Source: Pristiophorus japonicus (taxonomy: Eukaryota). From it: a DNA stretch of 64,000 nt. The position numbers were made by a program, and so were the translations under genes. Where the stretch lies: assembly GCF_044704955.1 (NCBI RefSeq), contig NC_091977.1, forward strand, positions 304,916,001-304,980,000, in the 5' to 3' direction. Below the pieces are notes generated by a model. The model was not told where the DNA came from and made no database searches. It saw only the letters and a program-made list of their open reading frames with translations. Within the stretch, counting starts at the first letter, position 1; every line of letters begins with the position of its first letter. Positions 35,411 through 48,780 of this stretch are shown in pieces.

Positions 35411-38309
35411 TTTTAAAGCTAACTTTTATTTCTCTGAGAACCTGCTGAGACCTTTGTACTATTGCATGGATTCACACATGTAAACTTTGCCCATAAGTAT
35501 TTTGGCCATCCTGGAGAGATGAATATTGGACATCTTGGGGAGTTAAGGGGTTAACAGTCAAACTTCTTTGTGTCCTTAAGCAACAGGCTCTCCAGGATTT
35601 CCAATATCAACAGGGTGACTTTGAAGTGTGGTCGGGAGAAAGCATGGCTTGTCCTCTGTTTGTGCTTGTGTAAGGAAATAAGTGTAGGTAATAAAATGTA
35701 ACTTTAGTTTTGGGTAATAAACATGGGTAGGAGGAATTCATTAGCTACAGGCAACAGTTGGTAAAGCTTTTTCTTCAAAGATGTTAGTAACTGTTATCAT
35801 CAGAGTGCTTTGTTCAGGGGAAGTCGTTTTGAAGTAAACAAACAGCAACTGTTTACATGAATAGTCTGTTTTCAAAGGGTGTGGGAATAGATACATCATA
35901 CAGTCTTATCAATGACATTTTCCTTTGATGTTGTCAAAATATGGTGTAGAAAGGTTCATGGTTTTCAACAGTATCTCAGAGTGCTTGTAACCGAAAAGTC
36001 ACTCTCTGCATACAGTTAAAGGCCAATCACCTTTACTGTGTATCAATAGACTCCACTACAATGTCTCGTGCTTAGTTGAAACGAGTTGTCGTGAACCAGA
36101 GGAGAAAGGAGATTGACTGCTAACAAGGCAGAGACCTTGGCCAGAATTTGCCACTGTTGCAGAAACCTGTGCACATCTTCAGAGGGGCAAGAAATCCACC
36201 AACCACTAAGATATGCTTCTCTCGCCAACCTATTTTCCCAGGTCAGGGTCATGTGCCTGGAGATTAGCTGCAGGGGACCTCCTCCAAGGTTTGCTGCAGC
36301 TTAACATGGTCAACAGCTCCTGTGCCGGCTAAAGAAGTGTAGGTTTATAAAAACAATTCAAAGCACCACAGCCTATGCACTCGATTGCCTTGTAAACCTT
36401 TTTCTGCCTTAGATTGCCCTTCTGCCAACCATTAGCAAAGCTGAATGCCAGGACAAAACAGATGTACCCTTGTGCTTACTTTCGTTGTTGGTACAAATGA
36501 TGGGAAATACATTGTATTCCTGCTGCCACATGTGTGTAACTTTAATACACCCATCCAATCTGCATGGATGTGTTTTACACCCGATATCACTTCCAGCAGA
36601 AGACGCAATAAACTGGTGCAATAGCTCCTGAAGAAACTCCTGAGGATTTAAGCCAGGGAGCCAATACAACTCCAATGGAAAATCTAGATTCTAATACATA
36701 AGCTCAGTGAGGGGCTGTAATGTCTTGGGTTTCAATGCGCTACAAATAGACTTTTTGGATTCCCCATAAGCAATACATTGTTAATGCTCTGGATGCAAAC
36801 AAGCTTCTTTTCAGCAAGCTTTGACTAAAAGTTCAGCTTTTCATTTGCTCTCTAAATGTCACTTTTTAATTTCTTAAAACTGATGGGAACTTATTTCTTT
36901 CTGCTTGAACGTGCCAGACCCACATTTGAAGAGCTTTCAGCTCAGTGCTTCTCTCCTCTAGAGCAGTCCACATCACACTGTTCCCCCTTCTCAGACTACC
37001 AAAGCCGTGTATCCAAGAGCAACATTGGGCCTGAACTTGCTTCCAATGGGTGCCATAGTAACTACAATGAGGCCATATTAACGGCAGCACCATTGTTAAC
37101 GTGTAAAAATCCCAGAAAGTAATGGAGTTGTGTGAGTTACGCTGTGAGTTGCGCTGCTCCATAGTTTGCTGGCTCGTTTGTGCTGCTTGGCTGTTAGCCT
37201 TGCCAATGTCGATAAAAAATCTGTTCTCGCCGCTCAAGCCCTCCATTGTACTCAATAACGATCACGCCACATCCAGTTAAACTGAGAAATAATGGTGCGG
37301 GTGACCTGGTAATGATATGATTTATGGCCAACACATGACTCTCAGCCTGGGAGGCCAACAAAGAGGCCTATAAAGCTGTGGGGCCGCACCTCAGCAGTCT
37401 GGAAATTGTTAAGAAAATTATTTATCTTTTTACATCCTTTGCAGTTAGTTTAATTAATGGTGGCCACATAAAAGTTGCTCAAAAGCAAGCAGGCCAACTA
37501 TGCACACAGCTTGCCGGAGACCATGGGGTAAGGTTTACTTGTTAGCACTCCTGGCATGGAGCCTAACTGGAGGGGACGCCAAGTCAGACAATCAGTGTGG
37601 AATTCAAGGCCCAGGCTCCAATGCCTCTTAGTTTTGGAGTTACTCAATTTCATGATCAACACATAATTTATTAAATAAAAATCCTTTTTTTGTCCCTTGT
37701 TGTCGGTGATGTTTGCTCAAGATGCATCAATGTACAATAACCATCAGTAATCATACTGTTGGCAGTAGTCACACAGGCTGCTTTATTCAACATCCTTACA
37801 CCGGAGGCATAAAAAGATGCCTTTAGGGGTGCTACAAGTTTCTAGAATTGTTATTTCAGAGAGGGAAACCAAAACTGACAGACAAACAGGTCACATCAAA
37901 ATATAAAGATATCTGACTATTATGCCTCGAGGATTAAAAATCAAACTTGATAGATCAATGGGGGAGATCGTGATTTTGTGCGACAGTGTAAAACAGGCCA
38001 TAGCGGGTCAGGAGACCAATTCTTCACATTTTTGTTTCCATTGAAGTCAATAGGGAGAGATATAAAATGGACTGCCAAACTCGCTATTATCGATTGTTTT
38101 ACGAAACTACATATATAATATAAGATGGACGTGACTGCTGCCAATGAACCGGAAGCTGCGTAGAAGTATTCTGAACATGTGCACTTCTGGTTCATTACGA
38201 TCTCACTTGGGCAACAATGGAAAACATTTGTGTGTAGTGACTAACATATAACGTAGTTACTAGTATATGATATAGTTATTAGACTTCTGAAACAAGCACT
38301 CTACTCTGA

Positions 38310-38693
38310 GCTACATCATGGCATGCGAACCCCAGGAGGCCAGAGAAAATGCTTCAAGGACACCCTTGAAACCGCCTTGAAAAAAATCTAACATCCCCAC
38401 CGACTCTTGGGAATCCCTGGCCCAAGACCGCTCAAAGTGGGGGAGAAGCATCCGAGAAGGCGGCGAACACTTCGAGTCACTTCGCTGGGAGCCCATGGAA
38501 GCCAAGTACAAACAGCGGAAGGAGTGTACAACAAATCAAGCACCCCACCCACCCGTCCCTCCAACCACCATCTGCCCACCTGTGACAGAGACTGTAGGTC
38601 CCGCAATGGTTTCATCAGTCACCTTAGAACTCAGTTTAGTGTGGAAGCAAGTCATCCTCAACTCCAGTGGACTGCCTAAGAAGAAGAAGAAGA
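38310..38693 (+). mobile_element. RTE LINE 3' fragment
   Basis: CPTCDRDCRSR..FISHLRT-like end and an (AAG)n tail. Confidence 0.88.
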
Positions 38694-38729
38694 TATAATA
38701 ACATTACTAGCATATGATATAATTACTAA

Positions 38730-39062
38730 CATGTTCCCGATGTTGGGGAAGTCCAGAACCAGGGGACACAGTCTAAGGATAAGGGGTAAGCCATATAGGA
38801 CCGAGATGAGGAGAAACTTTTTCACCCAGAGAGTTGTGAACCTGTGGAATTCTCTACCACAGAAAGTTGTTGAGTCCGGTTCGTTGGACATATTCAAAAG
38901 GGAGTTAGATGTGGCCCTTACGGCTAAAGGGGGTATGGAGAGAAGGCTGGGGTGGGGTACTGAGGTTGAATGATCAGCCATGATCATATTGAATGATGGT
39001 GCAGGCTCGAAGGGCCGAATGGTCTGTTCCTGCACCTATTTTCTATGTTTATATGTTTCTAT
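38730..39062 (+). mobile_element. CR1 3' fragment
   Basis: MFPMLGKSRTRGHSL...; TTTCTATG tail. Confidence 0.9.
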
Positions 39063-39099
39063 ATGATATAGTTCTGAACATATAATGTAGTTCCTAACA

Positions 39100-40557
39100 T
39101 ATAGGGGGTAGTCTTGGGGGTTAGGTTTACTTCTGACCTTCTGAGCGGTTTGAATCGCTCCCACTCCCTGGGTTCTAGATTTTGGATTTATTTGGGGATG
39201 TGACAAAGTGCCAGAGACAACTGGTTTTAGTGCAAAAAACTTCGAGTTTATTCAGGAAAAGAAAGTACAATGTCAAAACTTACAATCACTAGAATAAGGA
39301 ACACTTTAATCACACGTTCAAAAGGGGTTACAGAAAATAATACACCTCCCACCTCCCAATGCCGAACTCTGACTACGTTGAACTCTAGGGCAAACCGGGA
39401 TAATGCTCGCCAATCCTTTTATTGTCAGTTAGTGTTGGTTCGCGGTTTCGGGGTTCGCTGGACTCTGTAGCTCTGCTTGCCATACCCCGAACGTTGTGGA
39501 GGACTTCTTGCTACATAGTCTTCAGTTGGGTGGTGCCCGCTGATGCGGTAGGGTGCGTATTGGATGTATGGGGTGAGTACCCACTTTCTTCCGTTAGCAG
39601 TCGTTTTAAAGTTCTTTTTGGTAATGTTTCACCTGTTGGTAGCTAGGAACAGATTGTAGAGTGGAAACTTTAGAATCTTCGGTTTCTTCTTGAGGAGTCT
39701 TTTCTTAGAATTTGTCGATCGCGGGGGTTCGATGTTACCGCGTTGGCTGTGATCAGTTGTTGCCGCGATGATGATGTCCGAAGTTATTGGGAACTGCTTT
39801 TCTCTGCCGGTTTAATAATGTTCTTTCTCCTTCTTCGGTGGCAGAGCAGTGTAGCCCAGAAGTGTTGTTGAGGCGAAGACATTGATCTCTCTCTGAAAGT
39901 TGTTCTCAGAAAGCTGTTCTCTCAACCCGGTAAAACAGGGCTCCAATTATACTTTGGAAACCATTCTAATCTGCGCGCAAATCAACCCCGATTCTTTGTC
40001 TTAATTTTGGCGAGCTTAGTAATTCTTTGTCATATTTTGGTGGGCTCGTTAATGATAACTCGTTTCGGATGTGTCGATCTGTTGAATTTGCTTCTCGATT
40101 GGGAAAATTAGTTTTGGTATTTACGATGTCTGCCTAGGCCTGGGTTTTCCATGCAGGCTGGATGGGCTAGTAACATTATGCATGCGTTGGATGTGTTTCA
40201 TTCTTAGAGCTATGGCTGGCTATCTCTGGGTCGATTGTTGCTATGTTAATATCTCCTGGGGAGAAGGGTTTTTGAGTTTACACAATTCTCCAGACAATTT
40301 GTTTCAGCTCGAATATCCCAGACAGCTCCAATACCCAAAACTAGTCCTTTCAGAGGTTAATGTTCCCCCTGGCTTTTGCAGTCCTTTTCCCTTGCAGGCC
40401 CATGCATCCCTTAAAATTCCAAACTCGGTTAAAACTCGTAGATTTCTTCCATAGGCATCTTAGGATCCCAAACTTTCTGCAAGATAGTCCCAAATTGAAT
40501 TTATTTTTCAATGAGTCTAAACACTGGGGGGCTTCCCACGAATTTTGCAACCTTACA
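39100..40557 (-). repeat. ~1.46-kb 3' LTR of a second lokiretrovirus-like family
   Basis: Plus-strand ends TATAGGGGGT ... AATTTTGCAACCTTACA mirror the provirus LTR ends TGTAGGGGGT ... ATTTTCGAACCTTACA. Shared CAGAGACAA-TGGT..AAAAAA..TTTATT block; adjacent minus-strand PPT CACAGGGGGGAC. Confidence 0.78.
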
Positions 40558-40911
40558 GTCCCCCCTGTGATACTCTACATGCTAGACTGTCATGCTAGGT
40601 GAGCAAAATTCTTGAATCCCGAGAGCCAATCCCAATCCCTGTATTTACCTAGCTAAAACTTAAACTTGTATACCCCCTTTGAAATTTAATGCAGTTTACA
40701 GGCAAATACAGTTATTTTGATTACATTACAGCACAGAGGGGGTCCGATGCCCCTTCATTTCTCCAGTTTTACAGAAAACAAAGGTATACAGTCAAAAAAC
40801 ATGAGCAAAAAAACTTTTACAACACTTGACCTCTGTGTTTTTACAGCAGGTAAAAATCACAAAACAAAAATCAGACATTATAATATGGTGTTGCCCCTCC
40901 CTGTGCGATCC

Positions 40912-41370
40912 CTAAGTTTGGCCAGGGAGCGTATGGTGCTGGACTCGCCGGCCTCTGCCTTTCACTCGGCAAGTGAGACACCACAAGTAACGAACAATCA
41001 CGAGTTGACAGTCAACTAAAATATGGGAAGCTATTCTGACCCCAGCTGGGACTTCTATGTTTCTGAAAATGTCCCACCAGGGTGGAATTGTGATCTCCAG
41101 AATTTTCCTCCCTATCTCGATTGTTTTCTGTTCTAGAGTATAGAAATGTTTCTGGGAGATTACTACAGCTTCTAGTAGAGTGGTGAGATGTTCGAGTAGA
41201 GGAGGGATTTCGTGCCAAAATGTGCAACGTAATCTTGCAGGTTTGTGAAGTTTTCACTTACAGTGAGGTGAACAGTGGAGGATTCGGAAATGGGGACAAT
41301 GCGTTCCTGGACTACTTGAACTTCTGCCTCGGGTTTAAAGCAAAAAGTGCTGTCACTCACCGGACACCAG
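40912..41370 (-). pseudogene. Env C-terminus of the second retrovirus-like family
   Basis: WCPVSDSTFCF..., then after a frameshift HEIPPLLEHLTTLLEAVVISQKHFYTLEQKTIEIGRKILEITIPPWWDIF...IASHILVDCQLVIVRYLWCLTCRVKGRGRR...QT*. This reads as helix, W-rich segment, hydrophobic TM-like stretch and basic tail. Confidence 0.7.
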
Positions 41371-44300
41371 AAACATAGAAACATAGAAGCAGAGAAAATA
41401 GGTGCAGGAGCAGGCCATTCAGCCCTTCTAGCCTGCACCACCATTCAATGAGTTCATGGCTGAACATGAAACTTTAGTACCCCCTTCCTGCTTTCTCGCC
41501 ATACCCCTTGATCCCCCGAGTAGTAAGGACTTCATCTAACCTTTTGAATATATTTAGTGAATTGGCCTCAACTACTTTCTGTGGTAGAGAATTCCACAGG
41601 TTCACCACTCTCTGGGTGAAGAAGTTTCTCCTCATCTCGGTCCTAAATGGCTTACTCCTTATCCTTAGACTGTGACCCCTAATTCTGGACTTCCCCAACA
41701 TTGGGAACATTCTTCCTGCATCAAACCTGTCCAAACCCGTCAGAATTTTAAACGTTTCTATGAGGTCCCCTCTCACTCTTCTGAACTCCAGTGAATACAA
41801 GCCCAGTTGATCCAGTCTTTCTTGATAGGTCAGTCCCACCATCCCGGGAATCAGTCTGGTGAATCTTCGCTGCATTCCCTCAATAGCAAGAATGTCCTTC
41901 CTCAAGTTAGGAGACCAAAACTGTACACAATACTCCAGGTGTGGCCTCACCAAGGCCCTGTACAACTGTAGCAACATCTCCCTGCCCCTGTACTCAAATC
42001 CCCTCGCTATGAAGGCCAACATGCCATTTGTTTTTTTAACCACCTGCTGTACCTGCATGCCAACCTTCAATGACTGATGTACCATGACACCCAGGTCTCG
42101 TTGCACCTTCCCTTTTCCTAATCTGTCACCATTCAGATAATAGTCTGTCTCTCTGTTTTTACCACCAAAGTGGATAACCTCACATTTATCCACATTATAC
42201 TTCATCTGCCATGCATTTGCCACTTACCTAACCTATCCAAGTTACTCTGCAGCCTCATAGCATCCTCCTCGCAGCTCACACTGCCACCCAACTTAGTGTC
42301 ATCCGCAAATTTGGAGATACTACATTTCATCCCTTCGTCTAAATCATTAATGTACAATGTAAACAGCTGGGGCCCCAGCACAGAACCTTGCAGTACCCTA
42401 CTAGTCACTGCCTGCCATTCTGAAAAGTACTCATTTACTCCTACTCTTTGCTTCCTGTCTGACAACCAGTTCTCAATCCACGTCAGCACACTACCCCCAA
42501 TCCCATGTGCTTTAACTTTGCACATTAATCTCTTGTGTGCGACCTTGTTGAAAGCCTTCTGAAAGTCCAAGTACACCACATCAACTGGTTCTCCTTTGTC
42601 CACTTTACTGGAAACATCCTCAAAAAATTCCAGAAGATTTGTCAAGCATGATTTCCCTTTCACAAATCCATGCTGACTTGGAGCTATCATGTCACCATTT
42701 TCCAAATGCGCTGCTATGACATCTTTAATAATTGATTCCATCATTTTACCCACTACTGAGGTCAGGCTACTATAATTCCCTGCTTTCTCTCCCTCCTTTT
42801 TTAAAAAGTGGGGTTACATTGGCTACCCTCCACTCGATAGGAACCGATCCAGAGTCAATGGAATGTTGGAAAATGACTGTCAATGCATCTGCTATTTCCA
42901 AGGCCACCTCCTTAAGTACTCTGGGATGCAGTCCATCAGGCCCTGGGGATTTATCGGCCTTCAATCCCATCAATTTCCCCAACACAATTTCCCGACTAAT
43001 AAAGATTTCCCTCAGTTCCTCCTCCTTACTAGACCCTCTGACCCCTTTTATATCCGGAAGGTTGTTTGTGTCCTCCTTAGTGAATACTGAACCAAAGTAC
43101 TTGTTCAATTGGTCTGCCATTTCTTTGTTCCCCGTTATGACTTCCCCTGATTCTGACTACAGGGGACCTACGTTTGTCTTTACTAACCTTTTTCTCTTTA
43201 CATACCTATAGAAACTTTTGCAATCTGCCTTAATGTTCCCTGCAAGCTTCTTCTCGTACTCCATTTTCCCTGCCCTAATCAAACCCTTTGTCCTCCTCTG
43301 CTGAGTTAGAAATTTCTCCCAGTCCCTGGGTTCGCTGCTATTTCTGGCCAATTTGTATGCCACTTCCTTGGCTTTAATACTTTCCCTGATTTCCCTAGAT
43401 AGCCACGGTTGAGCCACCTTCCCTTTTTTATTTTTACGTCAGACAGGAATGTACAATTGTTGTAATTCATCCATGCGGTCTCTAAATGTCTGCCATTGCC
43501 CATCCACAGTCAACCCCTTAAGTATCATTCGCCAATCTATCCTAGCCAATTCACGCCTCATACCTTCAAAGTTATCCTTCTTTAAGTTCTGGACCATGGT
43601 CTCTGAATTAACTGTTTCATTCTCCATCCTAATGCAGAATTCCACCATATTATGGTCACTCTTCCCCAAGGGGCCTCGCACAATGAGATTGCTAATTAAT
43701 CCTCTCTCATTACACAACACCCAGTCTAAGATGGCCTCCCCTCTAGTTGGTTCCTCAACATATTGGTCTAAAAAACCATCCCTTATGCACTCCAGGAAAT
43801 CCTCCTCCACCGTATTGCTTCCAGTTTGGCTAGCCCAATCTATGTGCATATTAAAGTCACCCATTATAACTGCTGTACCTTTATTGCATGCACCCCTAAT
43901 TTCCTGTTTGATGCCCTCCCCAACATCACTACTACTGTTTGGAGGTCTGTACACAACTCCCACTAACGTTTTTTGCCCTTTGGTGTTCTGCAGCTCTACC
44001 CATATAGATTCCACATCATCCAAGCTAATGTCTTTCCTAACTATTGCATTAATCTCCTCTTTAACCAGAAATGCTACCCCACCTGCTTTTCCTTTTATTC
44101 TATCCTTCCTGAATGTTGAATAACCCTGGATGTTGAGTTCCCAGCCCTGATCATCCTGGAGCCACGTCTCCGTAATCCCAATCACATCATATTTGTTAAC
44201 ATCTATTTGCACAGTTAATTCATCCACCTTATTGCGGATACTCCTTGCATTAAGACACAAAGCCTTCAGGCTTGTTTTTTTAACACCCTTTGTCCTTTTA

Positions 44301-44625
44301 GAATTTTGCTGTACAGTGGCCCTTTTTGTTCTTTGCCTTGGGTTTCTCTGCCCTCCACTTTTACTCATCTCCTTTCTGTCTTTTGCTTTTGCCTCCTTTT
44401 TGTCTCCCTCTGTCTCCCTGCATTGGTTCCCATCCCCCTGCCATATTAGTTTAACTTCTCCCCAACAGCACTCGCAAACACTCCCCCTAGGACATTGGTT
44501 CCGGTCCTGCCTAGGTGCAGACCGTCCGGTTTGTACTGGTCCGACCTCCCCCAGAACCGGTTCCAATGCCCCAGGAATTTGAATCCCTCCCTGCTGCACC
44601 ACTGCTCAAGCCACGTATTCATCTG
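41370..44625 (-). mobile_element. CR1 LINE with nearly complete, frameshifted ORF2 (APE plus RT)
   Basis: LNARSIRNK, ITETW, GDFN, SDH, KSPGPDG, QHGF, FADD, and a 3' tail. Confidence 0.96.
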
Positions 44626-45451
44626 AAGTGTTGTCCATGTTGGTAGTGTGGCGATGTTCGAGATGTTCGCCGCCCCTAGCCCGGGCCGAGTGGCCTGCCT
44701 GCCTCACAATCCCTCGCCGCCACTGCTCTTACCTCGAGGCCTCCTCGCCGGTCCGCCCGACCACCTCCTCAGCGGCGGGGCCCACCTGACCTCTTCCCCG
44801 GCGGTGGGGCCCGCCCGAACACCTCTCCGGCGGCGGGCCCCTAATCAGGCAGGCAGGCAGGGCTGCATGTGCTTCTGTGTGCTCCCTGCTCCCAGTGCTC
44901 CCGAATGGATAGGTGCTGCAGTAGGTGAGGTAGGAACTTTTAATTTTTTATTGATTGATTTATTGATTGATTTTTTATTTTTTTAATTTTTATTTTTAAT
45001 GTTTCATTTATTAATTGATTGATTTATCATTTATTATTGATGATGGTTCTTTATTTTTAAAAGTGAAGGAGTTTAGTGCCCTCTTTTCCTCCCCCGCCCC
45101 CCTCCACGCCCCCCCCGCCCCCCTCCACCCCCTCCCCCGCCCCTCGCTTCCCCATCACTGGCTAGCTGTGCTGATTTCGTAACTCTATACAAGGTTTTTC
45201 GTAGCATACAAAAGTGGACACTTACTCCATTCTAAGTTAGTTTGGAGTAACTTTTCGCAGTTCAAACTTGCAAAACAGGTGAAACAACTTTCAAACGCTC
45301 CTTTTTGAAAAAAAACTGAACTAAAACTAAACTAAACTAACTCGCTGAAACTCGAGCAAACTAAATGTGGAGAATTGCAGTTTCTCGGATACGCCAAAAA
45401 AAACTAGTTGCTCCAAAAAAATAGGAGCAAATCCAGTTGAAACTTGGGCCC
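44626..45451 (+). mobile_element. 3' part of a MITE related to the 23-26 kb palindrome arms
   Basis: AAAAGTGGACACTTACTCCATTCTAAGTTAG...GAAACTTGGGCCC. Confidence 0.7.
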
Positions 45452-46658
45452 TATATAATGTAGTTAGTAAGATATGATACAGTTACTAAGTTATGATATA
45501 GTTCCTAACATGATACTGATATATGATATAGTTATTAACATATGATATAGTTGTTATTAAACGAATAAGGAACAGACAATGCCGACTGGAGCGGACAAGG
45601 ATTTTATCTTTATGGAAAGCATTGTTTAGATGTGAGGACCTTGATCCAGGATCACGGGGCAAACAGCTATTTGTATGAAAATTCAGCAGAGATTTTTTTC
45701 TGCTGCTCTGGAGGAATAGTGTTGGTGATCACTTGTGTGAATGAAAGCAGCTGTCACTTAGTCTACTTAATAGGATATAATGGATTGGATGACACAACTG
45801 CATGAAAGTATTTGCAATATACAATTTGAGTACAGCTGACACCTTCACAACTATTATGTTCTCTGCAGAATTGGTTTCAAAATTAGCCCTCAAGCATTAA
45901 CTGGTGAGGAACTGTTTTCTTCGATAACTAAAATTGATACAGCAGCAATTATTAGCCTCCAAAAACATATTTAGGACCCACATGGTCTCTCTAATACTTT
46001 ATTTGCCCTGCTTTTCATGGCATAGAAACAAAATAGCTATCATTTAGTGCAATTAGGTACTTTCCAGCCTTCCTATATATATGTATCACCATTTTTAAGA
46101 TCCAATTTCAGCAGATCTTAATAGTGTGCACAATATATTTATGAAATTGGCCAGGAAAACTGCATGTTTATGATCAATATTTAATGCTTTCATTAGGCAG
46201 TAAGATATCCCTGCATAATGACTTCAACCAAAAACAATTGCCTAGAAATTTGGATGTTTAGTGCCACCCATTTCTGCCAAATTCGGCCAAAATAATGGCG
46301 GCTGCCCTCCGCCTGCCCACTGCTGGTGGGTCCCACTGCGGCTGCCAATTTTGAATGTCCGGCAGCGATGCCGATTGTCATGTATTCAACTGTCATTGTA
46401 ATCCATGTATAAACTGACCTCAGTTGTACACCATGAGAACACTGAACACTAGGTGGTGAACTTGTGGGAGACACTCCCAACCTGGACTTTCAGGTATAAA
46501 AGGGGAAGCTCCAACCACCTTCATCACTTCAGTGCTGGCAAATAAAGGTTACTGGTCACAGAGTGACCTTCTCTCTAGTATGGGTCTCATGTGCATTTAT
46601 ACTGTATAGTAAGGACATATTATTGGCGACGAGAAACTGGGATTTAAACCACGCGAGC

Positions 46659-48780
46659 ATGGCCACTAGCAGCACAGACGAGAGGTACTGTGTTGGTGAT
46701 GATTGGGACAATTTTATTGACAGACTACAGCAAAGTTTTGTCACTAAGGAATGGCTGGGACAGGATTCAGCTGACAAACGCAGGGCTCATCTCCTGACGG
46801 TTTGTGGATCCAGAACATATTCCCTGATGAAGGACCTTCTAGCGCCAGAGAAGCCGGCGGACAAGACTTTTGAAGAGCTCAGTAAGTTGATCGGGGAACA
46901 CTTTAAACCGGTGAGCAGCATGCACATGATGAGACACCGATTTTACACGCACCGGCGGCGAGAAGGGCAAAGACTTCGTGGCAGACCTCCGACGACTGGC
47001 GAGCTGATGTAAGTTCCCAGATGCATGCAGAGCGGAGATGCTGCGAGGCTTTTTTATTGAGGGCATCGGGCACGCTGGGGTTTTCAGGAAACTGATTGAG
47101 ACCAAAGACTTGACCCTGGAAACAGCGGCTTTGATGGCCCAAACATTTATCTCAGGGGAGGAAGAGACCAGAATGATGTTTGACAAAAATCTTGGTTTAA
47201 ATGCAGCAAATGGACAGGGAGTCAACATTGTTAATGCGGCACACAGTTCTCCAGGCAGACAGGGACAATTGGACATGCCCGAGCATGTAGTCGAACCTAA
47301 AGGGGGAATTCAACAGAGAAAATGGCTAGCTGAACGGCGATTCATGCCATCTCAAGGGACAATGCAGCCAGTAATGGGGCCATCAACCCTGTCAATGGTG
47401 CATTTAAGGACAGTTACAGAGATAGTCAGAGACAATCGACTGGTAATGGACCTTTTGTTTTCAACAACGGCTCATGTTGGAGTCGTGGATGCAAACACCC
47501 AGCCAGAGCTTGCAGGTATCAGCAATATACCTGCAGAAATTGCAACGTCAGCGGTCACTTGGCGCGTATGTGCAGGAAGCCTGCAGCCAGGTTGATGTAC
47601 GAGGAGGACGGGCCCGATGTAAGCCCTACGAGGCCAAATGGACACTGGGGGAAATCGCTGGAAGCTGAAGTTCAGCGAGTTCATGTGGAGCACATATACA
47701 GTTCATACACCAGGACGCCACCGATAATGATGAAAGTGCTCCTCAATGGCATCCCAGTATCAAGGGAGCTAGACACGGGGGCCAGCCAGTCCCTGATGAG
47801 TATCAAACAGTTTGACAAGTTGTGGGCGTCCAAGACCAGGAGGCCAAAATTATTGCCGATTGACACACAGCTACGGACATATACAAAGGAGATCATTCCG
47901 GTGCTAGGCAGCGCCACGGTAGTCATGATCCACAAAGATTCGGAGAACAGGTTGCCACTCTGGATTGTCCCGGGGGACGGTCCCGCACTGCTGGGGAGAA
48001 GTTGACTTCCTGTCATGAACTGGAAATGGGGCGATGTCAATGCAATTTCCTCTGTGGAGCGAGTATCATGCTCACAGATCCTGGACAAATTTGACTCACT
48101 ATTTCAACCCGGCATTGGAACTTTCATGGGGTCCAAGGTAGTGATTCACATAAACCCAGACGCCAGGCCAGTACACCACAAGGCCAGAGCGGTGCCGTAC
48201 GTGATGCGGGAAAATATAGAAGGTGAATTGGACCGCCTGCTGAGGGAAGGCATCATCTCGCCAGTCGAATTCAGTGACTGGGCGAGCCCGATTGTGCCGG
48301 TGCTCAAGGCGGATGGGTCGGTCAGGATATGTGGTGATTACAAGGCCACCATCAATCGGGTGTCACTCCAAGACCAGTACCCGCTACCGAGAGCGGAGGG
48401 CCTCTTTGCGACGCTATCCGATGGCAAACTTTTTTCAAAATTGGACCTGACCTCAGCTTACATGGCCCAGGAGCTGGTGAGTGAGTTGAAGAAGCTGACC
48501 ACCATCATGACACACAAGGGGTTGTTTGAGTACAATAGATGTCCGTTCGGGATTCGCTCGGCCGCCGCGATCTTCCAACGAAACATGGAAAGTCTCCTCA
48601 AGTCGATTCCAAGGACGGTGGTTTTTCAAGACGACATCCTCATCACGGGTTGCAATACTGAAGAACACCTCCACAAGCTGGAGGAGGTGCCTCACAGACT
48701 GGACCAGGTAGCTCTGCGACTGAAAAAAGCGAAGTGCGTCTTCCTAGCTCCAGAGGTAGAATTCCTGGGGATGAGGGTAG
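46659..48780 (+). pseudogene. Gypsy gag-pro-RT (5' part)
   Basis: Gag start MATSS, knuckle CRNCNVSGHLARMC, ELDTGAS, WASPIVPV, FQDD. Confidence 0.92.

Noticed and set aside
35420-37020. Possible very old LINE or host coding remnant
   Set aside because: Coding-like composition, but no motif I can identify with confidence.
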